DNA of 64,000 bases, from positions 2,143,345 through 2,207,344 of the forward strand of contig MU054400.1 in assembly GCA_013239625.1 (NCBI GenBank). Reading direction: 5' to 3'. Every line of letters starts with the position of its first letter. Position 1 is the first letter of the stretch. A program made the translations under genes and the position numbers. Below, piece by piece: positions 63,200 through 64,000 of the stretch. The notes under the pieces were generated by a model. That model searched no databases, was not told where the DNA came from, and saw nothing but the letters and a program-made list of their open reading frames with translations. This DNA comes from Lama guanicoe (lineage: Eukaryota).

Positions 63200-64000
63200 G
63201 ATCCTCACACTGGAAGGACTATAACAAAGAGACAAGGTTGTGGGCAGTGAAACAAGAATTGAACAGATTCAAGATACTTAGAAGATACAATCTATAGGAC
63301 TTAGTAATTCATTGGATGTGGGTAATGAGGAAGAGGACAGAGTCAAGGATGACTGCTAAATCTCTAGCTTTCTGAACTGAATGGATTGAACTGTCATGTA
63401 AATGCATTGCTCCCATGAAGGGAGCAGAGAGGCGGAATAGTGGGGAGATAAGGAAGATCTTGAATTCATCTAGAAGACAACCTAATGAAGATGTCAGTGG
63501 TTGGGTACATGAATCCACAGGTCAAAGGGAAAATCTGGGATTAAATCTGGGAGCTGTCAGACTTTAACTGCAGTCATGGAAAAGATGAAGTCACCCAGGA
63601 CAGAGTATAGAAGGTAAGAGAGCATAGGTAAGAGCCTTGAGTAATTCCCGTAGGTAAAGGAATGACAGTGTAGGAGAAGCTAGCAAAGACAAAGAACAGG
63701 CAGTCAGTAGGAAAAAACAAGGCAAGTATAATTTCACAAAAGCAAAGGGGAAAATACTTCAAGATGGAGGGAGTGGAAACTATGCTGGATGCAGCTGAGG
63801 TGTTAAGGACTTTAGTGACAGAGAGAGCACTAGCGAACTTCTCAAGAGCTTTGAAGTGAATGGTACAGCCAGGACCCAGAAACCACACTGGAGAGGATAA
63901 GGGTATGAATGAAAGCAAAGGAAACAGAATCAAATGTAGTAAACTTTTCCAAGAAGTTTGGTTATAAAGGGGAGAAGAGAGAAGTGTAAGGCTGAAGGAG
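63200..64000 (-). mobile_element. L2 LINE fragment running off the right edge
   Basis: aggacttagtaattcattggatgtggg...gagtcaaggatgact...aaacttttccaagaagtttgg. Confidence 0.7.

Overview
Mammalian genomic DNA, AT-rich, with one CpG island. It is most likely camelid, judging by two tRNA-derived Vic-1-like SINEs and no recognisable Alu, Bov-tA/BovB, PRE-1 or SINEC. Two spliced genes lie in tandem on the minus strand. (1) The 3' part of KIF27 (kinesin-4, motile-cilia/Hedgehog-related): seven coding exons from 60629 to the TAG at 42200, 517 aa in frame with GT-AG junctions. (2) The 5' part of GKAP1 (G-kinase anchoring protein 1): CpG-island promoter at ~26950-28150, two probable non-coding exons and five coding exons (193 aa, 18890 to 3934), continuing off the left edge. 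The rest is intronic or intergenic and carries old L1, L2, MIR, MLT1 LTR and hAT fossils. I see no new multi-gene system. The best leads are regulatory or splicing hypotheses: an RFX X-box cluster in a KIF27 intron, a junction-spanning uORF in the GKAP1 leader, in-frame compatibility for a KIF27-GKAP1 read-through chimera, possible plus-strand lncRNA exons, an unexplained coding-like relic in a GKAP1 intron, and a Charlie transposase fossil. Gene and repeat names come from my recall of these families, not from a database search. Repeat boundaries are approximate.
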